A stretch of 64,000 nucleotides of DNA from Podarcis liolepis (taxonomy: Eukaryota): assembly GCA_965112155.1 (NCBI GenBank), contig OZ218102.1; one strand, written 5' to 3'. The position numbers and the translations under genes were made by a program. The notes below the pieces were generated by a model. The model was not told where the DNA came from. It ran no database searches and saw nothing but the letters and a program-made list of their open reading frames with translations. Of this stretch, positions 23,250-35,812 are shown in pieces (within the stretch, counting starts at the first letter, position 1; each line of letters starts with the position of its first letter).

Positions 23250-24128
23250 CAGTGATTCTCTACCCTTTGGGTATAATGACCCACAAGTCCAAATTTGCTT
23301 GGTACAGTAACCCATCTTTTTATTGTCACATGGATTTCGCAACTTAGGCCTTCAACATCCATCTGTTTAACTGCAATTTTGTCTATTTTACAACCATTAC
23401 TTGAGGCATCCAAGGAAAACGTTCCTTAACACCCCTATTGATATGAAATTTGTGTAAATATTTAAAGAACTATAATGCTATTCATTATTTTATTTATAGG
23501 AATGTAAGACCAGCTATCTGACTGCAATATATTGCTTCAAAAGCTGTAACTTTTATTCAAAAACCGCTGTGTTAATATAACAAATTATGGATATTTTAAA
23601 TAGTTTTATTCATGAAAAAGTCCATTTTGGCGAGTATCAATGGGGTAGCTGAGCTTGTATTTTGTCAACAAGTAGGCTGATGCAGGTTTTGATGGTTGTT
23701 AGACATGGTCTCAGATCATTATTGATAAATAAGATAATGATATTATTTATTAGTTTGACTAAGCAAGGAAGGATGGACTGAGGGTGGTGCCAAGCCTATA
23801 AAGCTTGACACCTGCCCTTGCACTACAGGGATAGAAAGGCACACGTCCCTTTCCTAACCCCCTCCACAGAAGAAACCACCCATGCCTTCTCAGGAAATGC
23901 AGGGGGCAAACTTGCCTCCATGCTAGGGTGGGAGCAGCATTCTGACATTTGGTTACAAGTGCCAACACAGCATTATAATATGCAAACAAAAACCTGCAAG
24001 AGGTATTCATCATACCAGTTCAGAGCAAAAGCAATACTTATTTTGGTTTTACTTATATGGGCCACACCTCACTTGCTCAGGTACTGTGACCCACTTGTGA
24101 GTCGTGACCAACAGCTTGGGAATTGGTG
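23250..24128. mobile_element. Old hAT (Charlie-like) DNA transposon remnant
   Basis: CAGTGATTCTC start, degenerate ...ttgggaattggtg end, 8-bp TSD gtctaaac/gtctaaag. Confidence 0.7.
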
Positions 24129-24356
24129 GTCTAAAGTGTTTGTGTGTCCCTCCCTCCCTCCCTGAATTTAAGGCGCTGTTTTGACCTTATGAACATTGGG
24201 ACTAAATATCAGTGCATCAAATAACTTACACAAAATATAAAAGTATTAAATACTAAAGAAAAAAGGCAAGAAATAAATAAATATAGGTAGTGGGAAGGGA
24301 TGTATTTGAACCAGGATTTGGAGCCAGCAAAGAGGACGAACTAGGATCGCACTAAC

Positions 24357-24481
24357 TTTTTCATGCCGTTTAAGCAGCTGATGTCTTTGCATGAAGTACT
24401 GATCTTTCAGTTGCTGTTTTAGCAGTTGGTGTTTTTCCTGCAAGTGTCGTTCTTCTAGTTCCCATATTGCAGCTTCACGGG
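24357..24481 (-). CDS. SLK: SLK exon 15 (125 nt): [42 protein letters not shown]
   Basis: AG/GT boundaries; conserved sequence. Confidence 0.97.
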
Positions 24482-24926
24482 CTAGAAGGGAATAAAAATT
24501 CTGTCAAAATTACAGAGGAGTCACCCCAAAACATTCCTTATACAATGTATTTCACGAAGCAATCAATAACAGAATAACCCCAATGAAATATTTAATGGAG
24601 AAATGCATTGAAGAAATTATTCCCCATCAAGTTATCCAATAACAATTCACCAAAATTGTAGACACAAGTAGGCTTGTTTCAGAAACAGACAAGCCATTTT
24701 AAAATGGATTCTGTACACCATTTTCTGCTTGCCTAATAAAAACTCTTCTGTACAGCTACAGTCTTCAGTGCATTTTCATGCCTTCACTAGAAGGACATAA
24801 ATTTAGGACATGACTCATTCCACAAGTTTCATGGGGCTTGCATGTGAGCTGTACTAGTGCCCAGAGCCCTTAATGCTTCTTTAAGTTGATGAACAGTAAT
24901 CCAACACTGGGGAAATGGAGAAATAC

Positions 24927-25056
24927 CTCTCATGAGTTGTTGCTTATTGTTCAGACAGTCCCGCTCAATGGTAGCTAGCTCAGTTTTTTGCTGCTGAATG
25001 ATTTTCTTTAGCGATGCATCCAGTTCTTGCTGCTGCTTCTGTACAAATTCTTGTTC
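24927..25056 (-). CDS. SLK: SLK exon 14 (130 nt): EQEFVQKQQQELDASLKKIIQQQKTELATIERDCLNNKQQLMR
   Basis: AG/GT boundaries; conserved sequence. Confidence 0.97.
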
Positions 25057-28024
25057 CTATCGGAAATTAAGCCAAATTGAGTACATTATGCATAAGTCTC
25101 AGACGTCTTAATTTGTATACAGCCTTCTTCTAAAGGATCTCGGAGCAGCCTTTTAGCTCACAACTAGCAGGTAAGGCGCAATATGCGGAGAGCGAAAGAT
25201 GCATACACTTTGCCACAAGCCAAACTTCAAACAGGGATCTGAACCTGGGTAACCCATATTCAAATCACAACATTATTTTCTAAGGGTCAATTAAAACATT
25301 TACACAGCAAGTGAGCTTGCTGTACTTACCACAGCATTTGAAGTGCTCAGCACTATAAAATGTGAGGGGAAACATGCATTTCTCAACAGTAGCAAACCTA
25401 TACTGGGAAACTAATGGGCCCTATGAGTTCTCTCTCTTTCTTTTCCCTCCACCAATTACTGCTTTTTCAGCAAACATATAATTTGGTCAATAATATATGA
25501 GACAGCCTTGCGGGCAGCCACTTGCCAGCCCAAGTTAATTCTTCGTGGGCAAGTAGCTTGTCAGATCAGTTGCTGTACCCTGCTATGTCTTTGTATGCCG
25601 GGCCATTACAGCCTTTATGCTAATCAGCAAATATGGAAAAAAACACACACAACTTAGAGAATCTTTAATTTAAGAATATTAAGTTCAAATCTTATACAAA
25701 TTTGCTTGCAAATTATTATTAATACATTTATATTAAATTACCAAGTAAACAAAATTCTGTTTAGGAAAGCAACAAATGACAAGACTAGGGCTGAGCTGCT
25801 TCAGAAAAAACTTGTTCAAAATTAAAAGAAAGCCACCCCCACCCCCAAAATTTTCTGGTTTCTTTCTTTTTGGTAGATTGTTACAGAAATAGCTGGAAAA
25901 AGTGTCCATTTCATAATCCCTTGGGGGCTAGGATTGATCACTGTCCAGTTTAGGAAACACTGCCTTTACTCTAAAAGACTTCTTGATGTTGACAAATAGC
26001 CATATCAGATTCAGTACATAGTGCTATTGTGACATGTCCATTATATGATCCATAAATGGCTGGGAGGAAGAAAGCAGGGTGGGATGAAGGTCAGAATAGT
26101 CCAAGGAACAGCAAATATAAATAAATGGCTGAAAATTACTGCAACTGAGATAGGTTTAATGTATTTTGTGGGAAGAAAATGTATATTTTCTGTCTCAATC
26201 ATTACTTTCAAGCAGAAATGGAAACTGGGGAGGGGATTTAACCCATGTAAAAAAAAGCCTTCATATAAACAAGAATATTTGCTGCACAGAACCAGCTCTC
26301 TCTTGCTATCTGTTAACAATGGATGGCAAATTACTCTTGAGAATCAATTGAACTGTCTCGATTCACTCTATGTGCGAAGGATACTGAAAAGGTTTAGGTT
26401 AGAATGTGTACATCTGTCTTTTAAAGAACATGTGAAAAGTCTGGGGAAACCTCTGGCCCACATGAATCCTCTCCAAGATAAGGATGCCTATTATATTTTC
26501 AACATTGTATTTTCATGTTTCAGAGCAAGATACCCAGACCAGGTAGAGGACACGTGACAGCTTAAAAGACCAAACACTTCCAAAATTCAAAATGCAGAAT
26601 TTACAAGATTGGCTCCTCAATGGCACTGTAAACAGTTTCACATTAGGCAACTGATGTACTTATTAAGCTGCACCATCTATAGCGTGTAATGTGAGGCTGG
26701 TAGATAAGCAAGTGCTGGGGAAATGAGGCCAATGGCTTCCAGATGCACATTTTGAACAGTGCACATACACAAGAAAAGGGCTTCCAAAGATTAACATAAC
26801 AAGTCACGTGTAGCTATTTTAATGGAAGTGGTTACATGTGAAGTATTTATCACCTATTTTGTGGAAAGGAGCTTTATGAAAACAGATGTCACAAGCTCAG
26901 AAAATAACTAGAAATATTGGCCCTACATTAGAAGTTGATCCAATCCTATACAGATCATTCCACGAACGGAAAGAAGGCTGTGTGGAAATCTAACAATGTC
27001 TGAGCACTTACACATTATTTCCAGGTGTGGGGTGGGCACATGGTATCTCTCTCGATTATATAATAAAATTTATGCAACAGGGACACGTCATGTTGAGACA
27101 GGTCCATGTTTTATGCATTGGGTAAGTCACATCTGATGTCCTTGTAGTTCAAAAGGTTCATATAAAAGGAAGACGTGTGATTTATGGACACAAATGAGAA
27201 AATAAATAACAAATCTGCAAAGTTCACCTCCAGGCCAGGTTGCACAGAAATCATCCGCCCTGATCACAATTTTTTACTTGCTAGTAATCTTCAGACAAAT
27301 TGCATCTGACCAATTTGATGAAGATGTTATCCGATGTCTGATGTTCCTACTCATCTCACAAGAACCAACAGAAAGCACCATATAGGAAGATGTGTACATC
27401 CATCAGAATTGGTCACTTCTTTTCCTAACAGCAGCTTCTTTATGCCACATGCTAACTCACTTTTAAAAGCTTCAAGGGATTAAACAGAAGGTTCTATTAA
27501 GTGGGTGGGGGAGGAGGAAAATGAGGAATCCATTTGCCAAAACCCCCCAAAATGAACTTATGTGATTCTATTTATTCATCCTCTACAGGAAAAGCACAAT
27601 GTAGCAAAGAAATTAGATGGACAATGGAACAGTGCAGCAGTAATGGTGGTGATCCTCTGTGTTTGGGGACATTAGGTTCTTAAGGTCCCTTTCCCCTTTT
27701 TGCATGCAAATTACCCCTGGTTAGCATTAACTACAATGCAACATCAAGTTTGCACCAGTGCTAAGCATGGTTAGTTTTAATCAAAACTTGAAAAGTAGAT
27801 TTTCAGTGCAATTTTCAAATCTTAGTTTAAAAACTAAGCATATTTAGTGGTGAGGTAAACATAACACCAAACTAGAGTTAACACTAACCAGAAGGGAGGA
27901 CCTGGAAGCCTACTGCACAATTCCACAGTTTAGATATCACTCTTATTATATATGTATTAGATCAATGACAAAGACATTTTCTGGAAATTATAAATTATGT
28001 AAGTGTGGAATATCTGTACAATAC

Positions 28025-28055
<31 letters not shown>
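28025..28055. repeat. (AT)n(AG)n compound microsatellite
   Basis: Read directly from the sequence. Confidence 0.95.
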
Positions 28056-29373
28056 TAGTTAAAGTATAGTTTCTTTTTTTAATTCTCTCCTAATGAAAGT
28101 CAGTGAGACTGAAATATATTCAACTTTGGTTAACTTGTGTTTCCTGAAAACTATAGAAAATATGCATTATTTTAAACATCCCCCCAAAACTGAAGAAAGC
28201 TTTACCTTCAGAATCATTTTTTTTTTACAAATGCTACCGTCTTCACATCAATATTAGGGACTGAACTGTCTCAACTCCCTGGAGAGTTGAAGGAAACCCC
28301 CAAAGCAAATTTCAGAGGATGAGGGGGGGGGGGCATGTGAGAGGAAGAGAGGGAGGAAAAGTTCGTAGTCTACCACTATCAAAATTCTAATGAAAAGCAG
28401 GAAAAAATGTGTAGAGACAAATCCAAAAACCCAGATCTGTAGAGACAGATGTCAACAACAAGAACAACAGATGTCAACAACAAGAAAGGTATAGGTCCAC
28501 TGTCTACTTGATGGCTTTGATGAAGTGAGACAAATGGCAAATGTACCTGCCCTTCTCAAGCAGCAATTCTGTCAAATTGCAGGAGCTGGATTATTAAACT
28601 GAAATGAAAGCAAGTAGTGTTTTAGTCCTGAGGTTTCCTCAGTTTAGATGAGTATGTTTTAGAACACAAAACATTGAGAATAACCTAGATTAGATAAAAT
28701 ATATCACCACAGCCTATTCTGTAGTTTTGTGAACGAAAGGTCAGTTGACATAGACTTCCATGTCAGGCTTGTGATCACTAACATTGTTACGCAATTAAAA
28801 GAGACAGAGAGATTTGGTATACAGCGCTGATGGGGAGCCTGGATGTTCTACAGATTCCTGTTCCCAGAGCCATGTAACAAAAGGCCATTTCAATAAAGCT
28901 TGCAAAGCAAACTTTCCACCTTCCTACTAAAATCTCAACTACCATCTGGTGGAACAGAAGAGAGAACACAAAGGTAGAAGCGGGTTTGTTTAAAAAATAA
29001 ATTACCAATACTGCACAAGGCAGAGAAGAAAAAAATGTCACAAGGGTGTTCCTTGCCCCATGAGTCAAAACTTAGGATGGCTGACTCTATAAGGGTATAG
29101 CAGGGAACACCCATTGTCAGGTGGTATCAGGAAGCATTCTGGAAAATGCCTGTTTCACTGCACACAGAAAAGCAAAACATAGCACTGGTTTCACACATGT
29201 GCTGAAAATCAACAAGTCTCATTTGCCCAGTTTGTCCATCACAATCTTTGTGCAGATGAACCCATTTTTAGATTTTTTTAAAAAATTCATCAGCACATGC
29301 GTGTCAGAGAAAAAGCAGAACAACAAGCTAGAACTACAGAGGAAACACCCAATTTTTGGCATGTTGGACTTAC

Positions 29374-29445
29374 ATCCTGCATTATTGCATTGAAGAGGGT
29401 ACATGAGGACAACTGAAAAGACTGAATCATAACCTGAGCAACGCC
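29374..29445 (-). CDS. SLK: Candidate extra SLK cassette exon (72 nt): GVAQVMIQSFQLSSCTLFNAIMQD, with internal 39-nt and 12-nt variants
   Basis: ctctgcag|GGC...GAT|gtaagt; stop-free, phase 0-0; internal acceptor cttttcag and internal donor CAG|gttatg both keep the frame. Confidence 0.7.
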
Positions 29446-30899
29446 CTGCAGAGCAGAATACAATGTACTTCCGAGGTCAGAATGCAAGCACAAACCATGC
29501 ATTCAAACACCGAACATAAGCAATAAGACTGTATGACTCATTAGTGGAGCACCTCCCTCCCTAAAAGTAGAAGTGGAGTACAGTGATGTGGGTGGAGCTA
29601 TGAGAACAAAAATTACACTGTATTCATAAAGACACCAATTGCAAAACAACGTAAAAACCGTTATGTCTTCAGTATTTATTTTATTTTGCTAGATAATGCC
29701 CTACAACCTAGTCCTATTTAACCTATATTGTTAACTCTCTGTGCCCAAAAGATATTGATGAATTTTCTCCAATATATTTAAGACTGTAGTTACTCAATAA
29801 GCCTTCATGTAGTACAATATTGGCTGGACGTACACCTTCTCAAATATCCAGTTCCAAGAGATGTGCACATTCAAATATACACAGTTGTCTTTAGAAGGCA
29901 GTAGCATACACTACTGTGAATATCTGCAAAAGCTGGATTCTGCTCCATACATGAGATAAACTGGCGTTGGACAGTCTGGCAATGCCTCCATTTTAACTCT
30001 CTTTCCTCTCTTTCACTCCCCTAACATTCCACCTGTATTTCTTTAGTGCTTTAGTGCACTGACTCCTGAGATTTCTCTGTCATTCAGGGAGTTCAGCAGC
30101 AGTCTCCTGACCCCCTCACATCCTTGTACAGAAACTGTGATACAGCTCACTTTAAAAATTTATACCTGAAGCATTACTTCAGAAGTACTTCAGTCTCATT
30201 GTACATGAATACATAGGAAGTATTCATGGATATCAGAAGTTATCTGTACTTAGTCTGGGATTTAATACCAAGACAAGGAATGTCAACAAGAAGTGAAGAG
30301 TTCTTCATAGCCTTAATCACTATATACACTGCCACACACCCAGATCCTTATATATTTCAGATGCGCTTCGTTTCAGACAGGAAATGTAATCAATAGTATG
30401 TCTGCTGCAATAGCATGCTTGGAACACAGAAAGTACAGGCAAGCCATTAAATAATGAACATGGACACCATCATGTCAACTGCATTGCCTGGTATTAAAAG
30501 ATTCAAAGGTAAGATATAATGAAAAATTGCTTATAAAAATATTATTTACTACTTTTCCACTTTGATAACGTTATTCTTTATGGTAAATGCCCTGAATAAA
30601 GTAAACATTACAGCCTGAAATTCATATCCACACCTGAATACACACTAACTACATAAATTGCATTTTTATAACTTTGGCTGTTGTTCTAACTAATCACATC
30701 TAAGTAAATGAATACTGAATAGATTGCACTTCTGTTTATATGACACGTTTGAGCTACGGTTTTAAGAATGGTCAGTCATTACAAATTAATATCATATTTA
30801 CTCAGAGGGAAAACAAAAAGCAACCACTATGGAATGGTTAAAGCTATTGTGAACAAAGCTGCTTGGTTGTTTTTAGAAGCATGAAGCTGCTGCGGTTAC

Positions 30900-30992
30900 C
30901 TGAGCATGCTGGGATTGAGAAAGTTCCTCTTTCTTGCGTTTCATGAGCTCTTTTCTCAGCTCTTTTGGTGCTTTCTCCACTTCATTAAAAAC
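30900..30992 (-). CDS. SLK: SLK exon 13 (93 nt), cassette exon: VFNEVEKAPKELRKELMKRKREELSQSQHAQ
   Basis: Phase 0-0, 31 codons; corresponds to the known alternatively spliced exon of mammalian SLK. Confidence 0.96.
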
Positions 30993-31006
30993 CTATAGTG
31001 CACAAG

Positions 31007-31244
31007 CATGCAGAAGGTGGGGAAGATAACCCTTTTTCTCCACAGCAAGCATTTTATGGTGAATATGAGAGGAGCAGGTCAGGCATTATAAAGGTTATCA
31101 GAGAGCATGCATTGAAGCCAGAAGAGTTAGCTTGGCAGAAGATGGATGGAAGAAGCAGACATGCACAAAGCATTTGCGGACTGCATTCTACAAAGAAGTG
31201 CACGAGCTAATCGTATTCTAGAAACTAGTTTCATTTTGCATGCA
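31007..31244 (-). promoter_or_regulatory. Cluster of four RBFOX motifs (TGCATG) upstream of SLK exon 13
   Basis: CATGCA on + at 31007, 31106, 31160 and 31239. Confidence 0.8.
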
Positions 31245-32438
31245 ACTACTAATTAGATGCTTTTACATTTACTTTTTATGCAATCATTCAGTATAACACA
31301 AAGGAATTTAAGACCGTTGTCAAAGGAAGAATGATACTGGGAGGGACAACAAATGATTTTACCGTCATGGAAAAGCTCCAAAATAGCAGGATGTTTAGAT
31401 TTCTCAAAAATAACAGCTACTGTTGACATTATGTCTCATTTGAGACACAATTGTCTAAAGAACAACTTTCATAAAAGTAAGGCACCTCAAAAGGGGCATT
31501 TGCAGAGCATAGGAAAGTGTAAATCAAGTGTCTAGTTTCATATAGCTTATCTAGCTAGTGACATTCAAAGAAGGCAACCACTTACAAATATTTTTCAGCA
31601 ATGTATGTCAAAGGATCTAAAGGATAATTTTGTCAGGAAATAATAATGCATGTTATATAGATAATCAAAAGTATGATTGTGTATTTTTCATACTCTCATG
31701 AAGAGATTCAGTACTCTAGATGTTATTTCCTACAAAAGAACTAGGAGGTCACAACTATCCAAGAACAAATGGCTGTTTAAAAGTCAAAGAACCCAAAGAA
31801 AACAAAGCCCAAATCACCACATGCTACTGTTCAATGAAAAAGATTGGTCCTGAGTGCATTAAACCTCTTCACCAGATTTCCTTTTGAGACCCAATTACCA
31901 ATAGAGACTCAGAGTGCAAGAAATTCAGCAAAAAGAAGAAGTAATAGTCAATATTGTGCAAATTAAACACAAGTGATGGTATCTTGGAGATTAAATGACA
32001 TATATTACTTAGTATAAAAATCATGAAAAGTTGTTTAAAAACCAAATGAAAGCACCTAGAAATCTGTGCAATCTGTTCATATTATATGCCTCAAAATTGG
32101 TATATTATCTAGAAATTGTTGAACTGCTTTTTTAAAAGTTAAGATGAGAAGTAAAAGATTACAGGCACTTTCTGCAGAACAATGAGATTATAGGTAGAAT
32201 TTCTGCATTTTGCACAGCTGTATTTCTCCCATCCAGTGTAATGAAAGAATACAAATTTCAATTTAGTTTGATTTTAAATCAATTGAACTTGATACATAAC
32301 TATGCTCTCTGCTGAACTCAAACTAAACTCAAATTAAATTTAAAAAATCCCTTTATCACTGACTGGGTCATTTCTAGTCCTTAACATATATTACAATCAA
32401 TCCCCCATGTGAGTCATTCTGAAAGATCAAGGGTTATA

Positions 32439-32663
32439 CAGTGGTACCTTGGTTTACAACCATAATCCGTTCCGGAGGTCCATTTGTAAACCAAAACAGG
32501 TTGTAACCCAAGGCGCGCTTTCGCCAATGGGGCCTCCCCCAAAAATTTGTTCGTAATCCAAAAAAAATCGGTTGCAATCCAAAAAAGGGTTGCAAATCAG
32601 AACATGCACTTCTGGGTTTGACGTGTTTGTAATCCAAAATATATGCAAACCAAGGCACCACTG
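32439..32663. mobile_element. Tc1/mariner-pogo (Tigger-like) MITE
   Basis: TIRs CAGTGGTACCTTGGTT...AACCAAGGCACCACTG flanked by TA TSDs. Confidence 0.9.
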
Positions 32664-33729
32664 TATCCAATGCTAGTCCTACTCAGGGTAGATTCACTTA
32701 AGTTGCAGTCATCACTAACTTAGGTTCACTGGGACTAATTCAAAGGAGTGCCATGGTAATCGTTCTCCCAGCACAAGTGTTTTATCTTGCCAAATGGAAA
32801 GAGCTTGCTCTCCTATTCCAGTGTGCTGTTCTGGAGGTTATCCTTCTCCATCCGAGCCACTTTAATGCTGTGCGGAGGGAGGAAGAAAGCCCTGTTGCAT
32901 TATCCAATGTCCACGTGCAGGCTTCTGCTAGCGGGGCTCAACAGCTGAATCTAGATTATTAGTTTAAATGGCTTTACAATGTGTAGAACCAAGTTGGCAA
33001 CAATAAATCTTGCTATCAGAATTATGAATGCAAACAAAGTTGCTTAAGATTGCAGTTTTAAGATTTTCTGGAGGCACAGAGTAGTCTTCCACAGCACAGA
33101 GTTCTAGACTCTTCCACACAAAGTTAATTAAATCGCCTTTTTAACAAATTCAACTACAAGTAAAAAGAAAAAAAAAACATTGCATTTTGTTATGAATGTT
33201 TCATGAACCAATGCACAAATATCCTCATCCCTCCACCTTTGTGCTGCTTTTATATGTACTGAATATAGTAAGGAAAATCTTTATTTGTCACACATATCCA
33301 AAGAAGCACATGTGACAGATATGTGTGCAATGGATTCTAGCAGTTCTCCCTATTGAACTCCTAGATCAATTTTACATTGTCTGTAACATACAGGTATTGA
33401 CTACATATAACATTTGATACTGTTCCAAATAAATGGCGAAACTCCTATTGCTAACGATGATGTTTAAATCATAAGGGTGGAGACATCTACACCATATAAT
33501 TGTTTTTTCATTATATTTTCTTTGCTCCTATATAAGGTTACTATTTTCATTGCACATGGCTGTTTTTTATTTTAAAAAAACTTTTCAGTGCTAAATATTA
33601 TTATAAAAATACATCTACTGTTGAGGCATCTTATGGTGATACATCTTTTTTTCAAAGTAAGACTGCAGACATCACTGGAGACCAAGAAATACCAACCTTA
33701 TTTTTTCCAACTAAATAAATAGTATTTAC

Positions 33730-33909
33730 CTCTTTTTTCCTGTTTTTCAGCATGTTCTGAAATTTGGACAATTCTTTCTCCTGTTCTGCTTTGATGCGTT
33801 TTGCTTCATCACGTAAGCGATTTGTATGTTCCTGTTCCAAGCGCTCTATTGTCTGTTTCTGCTGTTTTTCCAGGTTTTCAATCTCCTGGTCATACTGCCG
33901 CTTCTTGCT
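33730..33909 (-). CDS. SLK: SLK exon 12 (180 nt): SKKRQYDQEIENLEKQQKQTIERLEQEHTNRLRDEAKRIKAEQEKELSKFQNMLKNRKKE
   Basis: Coiled coil; AG/GT boundaries. Confidence 0.98.
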
Positions 33910-34945
33910 CTGAAAAATAATTCCATTAAATTTTATATTTACCTATTGTTGAACTTGATGGGTTTGAGGCAGGGCAGAGGACGTCTGCACAAGTAACAAT
34001 TGCCTATGCTTTTCAGTTCCTAGATTTTCTAACTAGATTTCTGCCGTTATGAAGCACAAAAAATACTTTAAAAACCCCATAGAAAGTCTTCAAAACTCAG
34101 AATCAGAAGTGGAACTAATTGTTATTGCACAGAGTTTAAAAATATTGGCAGAACTGGGACTGATACTATAAAGTTTATTTCCTTCTTGAACACAAACACA
34201 CACAAATTCAGCTCTTGAGAATCTAACATTTGGAACTCAACATACGTAAACTATTTTGTAAAGGGTATAGTGGTTAAGCTTTGTTTTGTATGCAATCTTT
34301 AATACAGGAGCCTGTTTCAGATATAATAGGGAGTATTTTTCTCTGCCCAATGAATAAGCAGACCCCCCCCATACATAGAACACTTTTTCAAGTAAGTTTT
34401 TTTATTATCCATTGCAAGGAAAAAATAATTGCACATGGGCTAGAAGATCACAGTGTTTTGGGTACCACAGTCTACTACAGAAAGGCAAAGATCATGAACT
34501 GGGCCTCTGAAATTATTTTGAGATATTTTCTACAGTTGTCAAAGTATGCAACAGCTTCCTCTTCAGTATAGCAATCCTGTAAAGCTGCATTCACTACCTA
34601 CAAGTAGAAAATAAACGTTTCTAACCTTCAAGGGTAAGAAGTGGCCACATTCTGCCAATTCTAGTACTGACCATGCCTTAACAAGACACTCTCAAGCTAA
34701 ACATTGCAGCGCTTCACTGCCTTTTCCACTGTTGGCAGCCAGTGACTACATGCAGGGCTACCATTGCAGTAGTTTGCAGTTCAGTTAAGGCTTTTGGTAT
34801 GCAAGTTTCATTCATAATACATAAGATGAAATGTGGCAACAAGGGCAAGGATATACCTAGAATGACTTCTAGGCTGCTTACATTAAGTAAATTAACTCAA
34901 AATAAGGGGCCTGCAAAATGTGGGTGCAAGGGAATCAAACCTTAC

Positions 34946-35069
34946 CGTCATTTCTTGTTCAAAGCGCCTGAACATCTGTTCTCTTTGTTGTAAAAGTTTA
35001 TTACTAAGCTGCTGCTGAGCTCGCTGCTCTTCTTTTTGTAGAAGTCGTAACTCTCTTAATTCTTGACGC
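34946..35069 (-). CDS. SLK: SLK exon 11 (124 nt): [41 protein letters not shown]
   Basis: Coiled coil; AG/GT boundaries. Confidence 0.97.
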
Positions 35070-35179
35070 CTGGTAGGAAGGAGAATGGACGCAGTATCGC
35101 AGGGGAGAAAGAAACAGACTGAGTTCAGAATTCTGCATCAGTGTACAGTGTAGATGCATTCGGGGGCTGTGCAGAAATA

Positions 35180-35545
35180 TTATTTATTTATTTATTTGTT
35201 ATTATTTATTAAATTTCGATACTGTCCTTCATCCGAGGATTACAGGGCAGTTTACAGTAGAAAAACACAAAAATGCACAACATAGTAACAAACAAAAACA
35301 ATACTCTCCTACTGGGCCATAGATTGTTTAATTAGACAAGGGCCTGGGAGAAGAGGAATGTTTTTGCCTGGCATCTAAAAATATGTAATGAAGGTGCCAT
35401 GTAAGAGATGGGGAGAGAATTCAACAACCACGGAGCCAACACAGAAAAGGCCCATTCTCGTGTTGTTACCCACCAGACCTCTCATGGAGAAGGCACACAA
35501 AGAAGGGCCTCAGATGATGATGTCATAGTCTGGATTGATTCATAC
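35180..35545 (-). mobile_element. L2-like LINE 3' fragment
   Basis: Same family as 5545-5765 and 46625-46975; TTTA-rich tail at about 35180-35210. Confidence 0.7.
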
Positions 35546-35681
35546 GTTATTTAAAGGGACAACATGAATTTTGTTAAATATAATCAAACCACAGTAAGTT
35601 ATTAAAAACAAGCATGAGAAAAGTTGTTTTAATTCAGAGAAGAAATCCTCTGTCATTAAGAATGGGTATTTTCAAACTCAC

Positions 35682-35812
35682 CGAAGATATCGTAATTCTT
35701 CACTTTTAGAATCACTTTCTGTTACAATTTTAGAGGTAGTCACACTTACTTCCACACCATCAACAACAAATTTGCGAGTTTTCTTTAATGTTTTCTTGTG
35801 TCTTTTAGTTTC
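35682..35812 (-). CDS. SLK: SLK exon 10 (131 nt): [44 protein letters not shown]
   Basis: Conserved [17 protein letters not shown]. Confidence 0.98.

Noticed and set aside
26045-26557. 170-aa + strand ORF in SLK intron 13
   Set aside because: No recognisable domain, AT-rich random-like composition and no splice context; likely chance
26534-26560. Possible 27-nt exon on - (ttttaag|CTGTCACGTGTCCTCTACCTGGTCTGG|gtatct)
   Set aside because: Weak donor and acceptor; the peptide LSRVLYLVW does not fit the coiled coil; no supporting motifs
28445-28496. Duplicated acagatgtcaacaacaagaa as a CRISPR-like or regulatory repeat
   Set aside because: Only two adjacent copies with no spacers in a eukaryotic intron; simple slippage duplication
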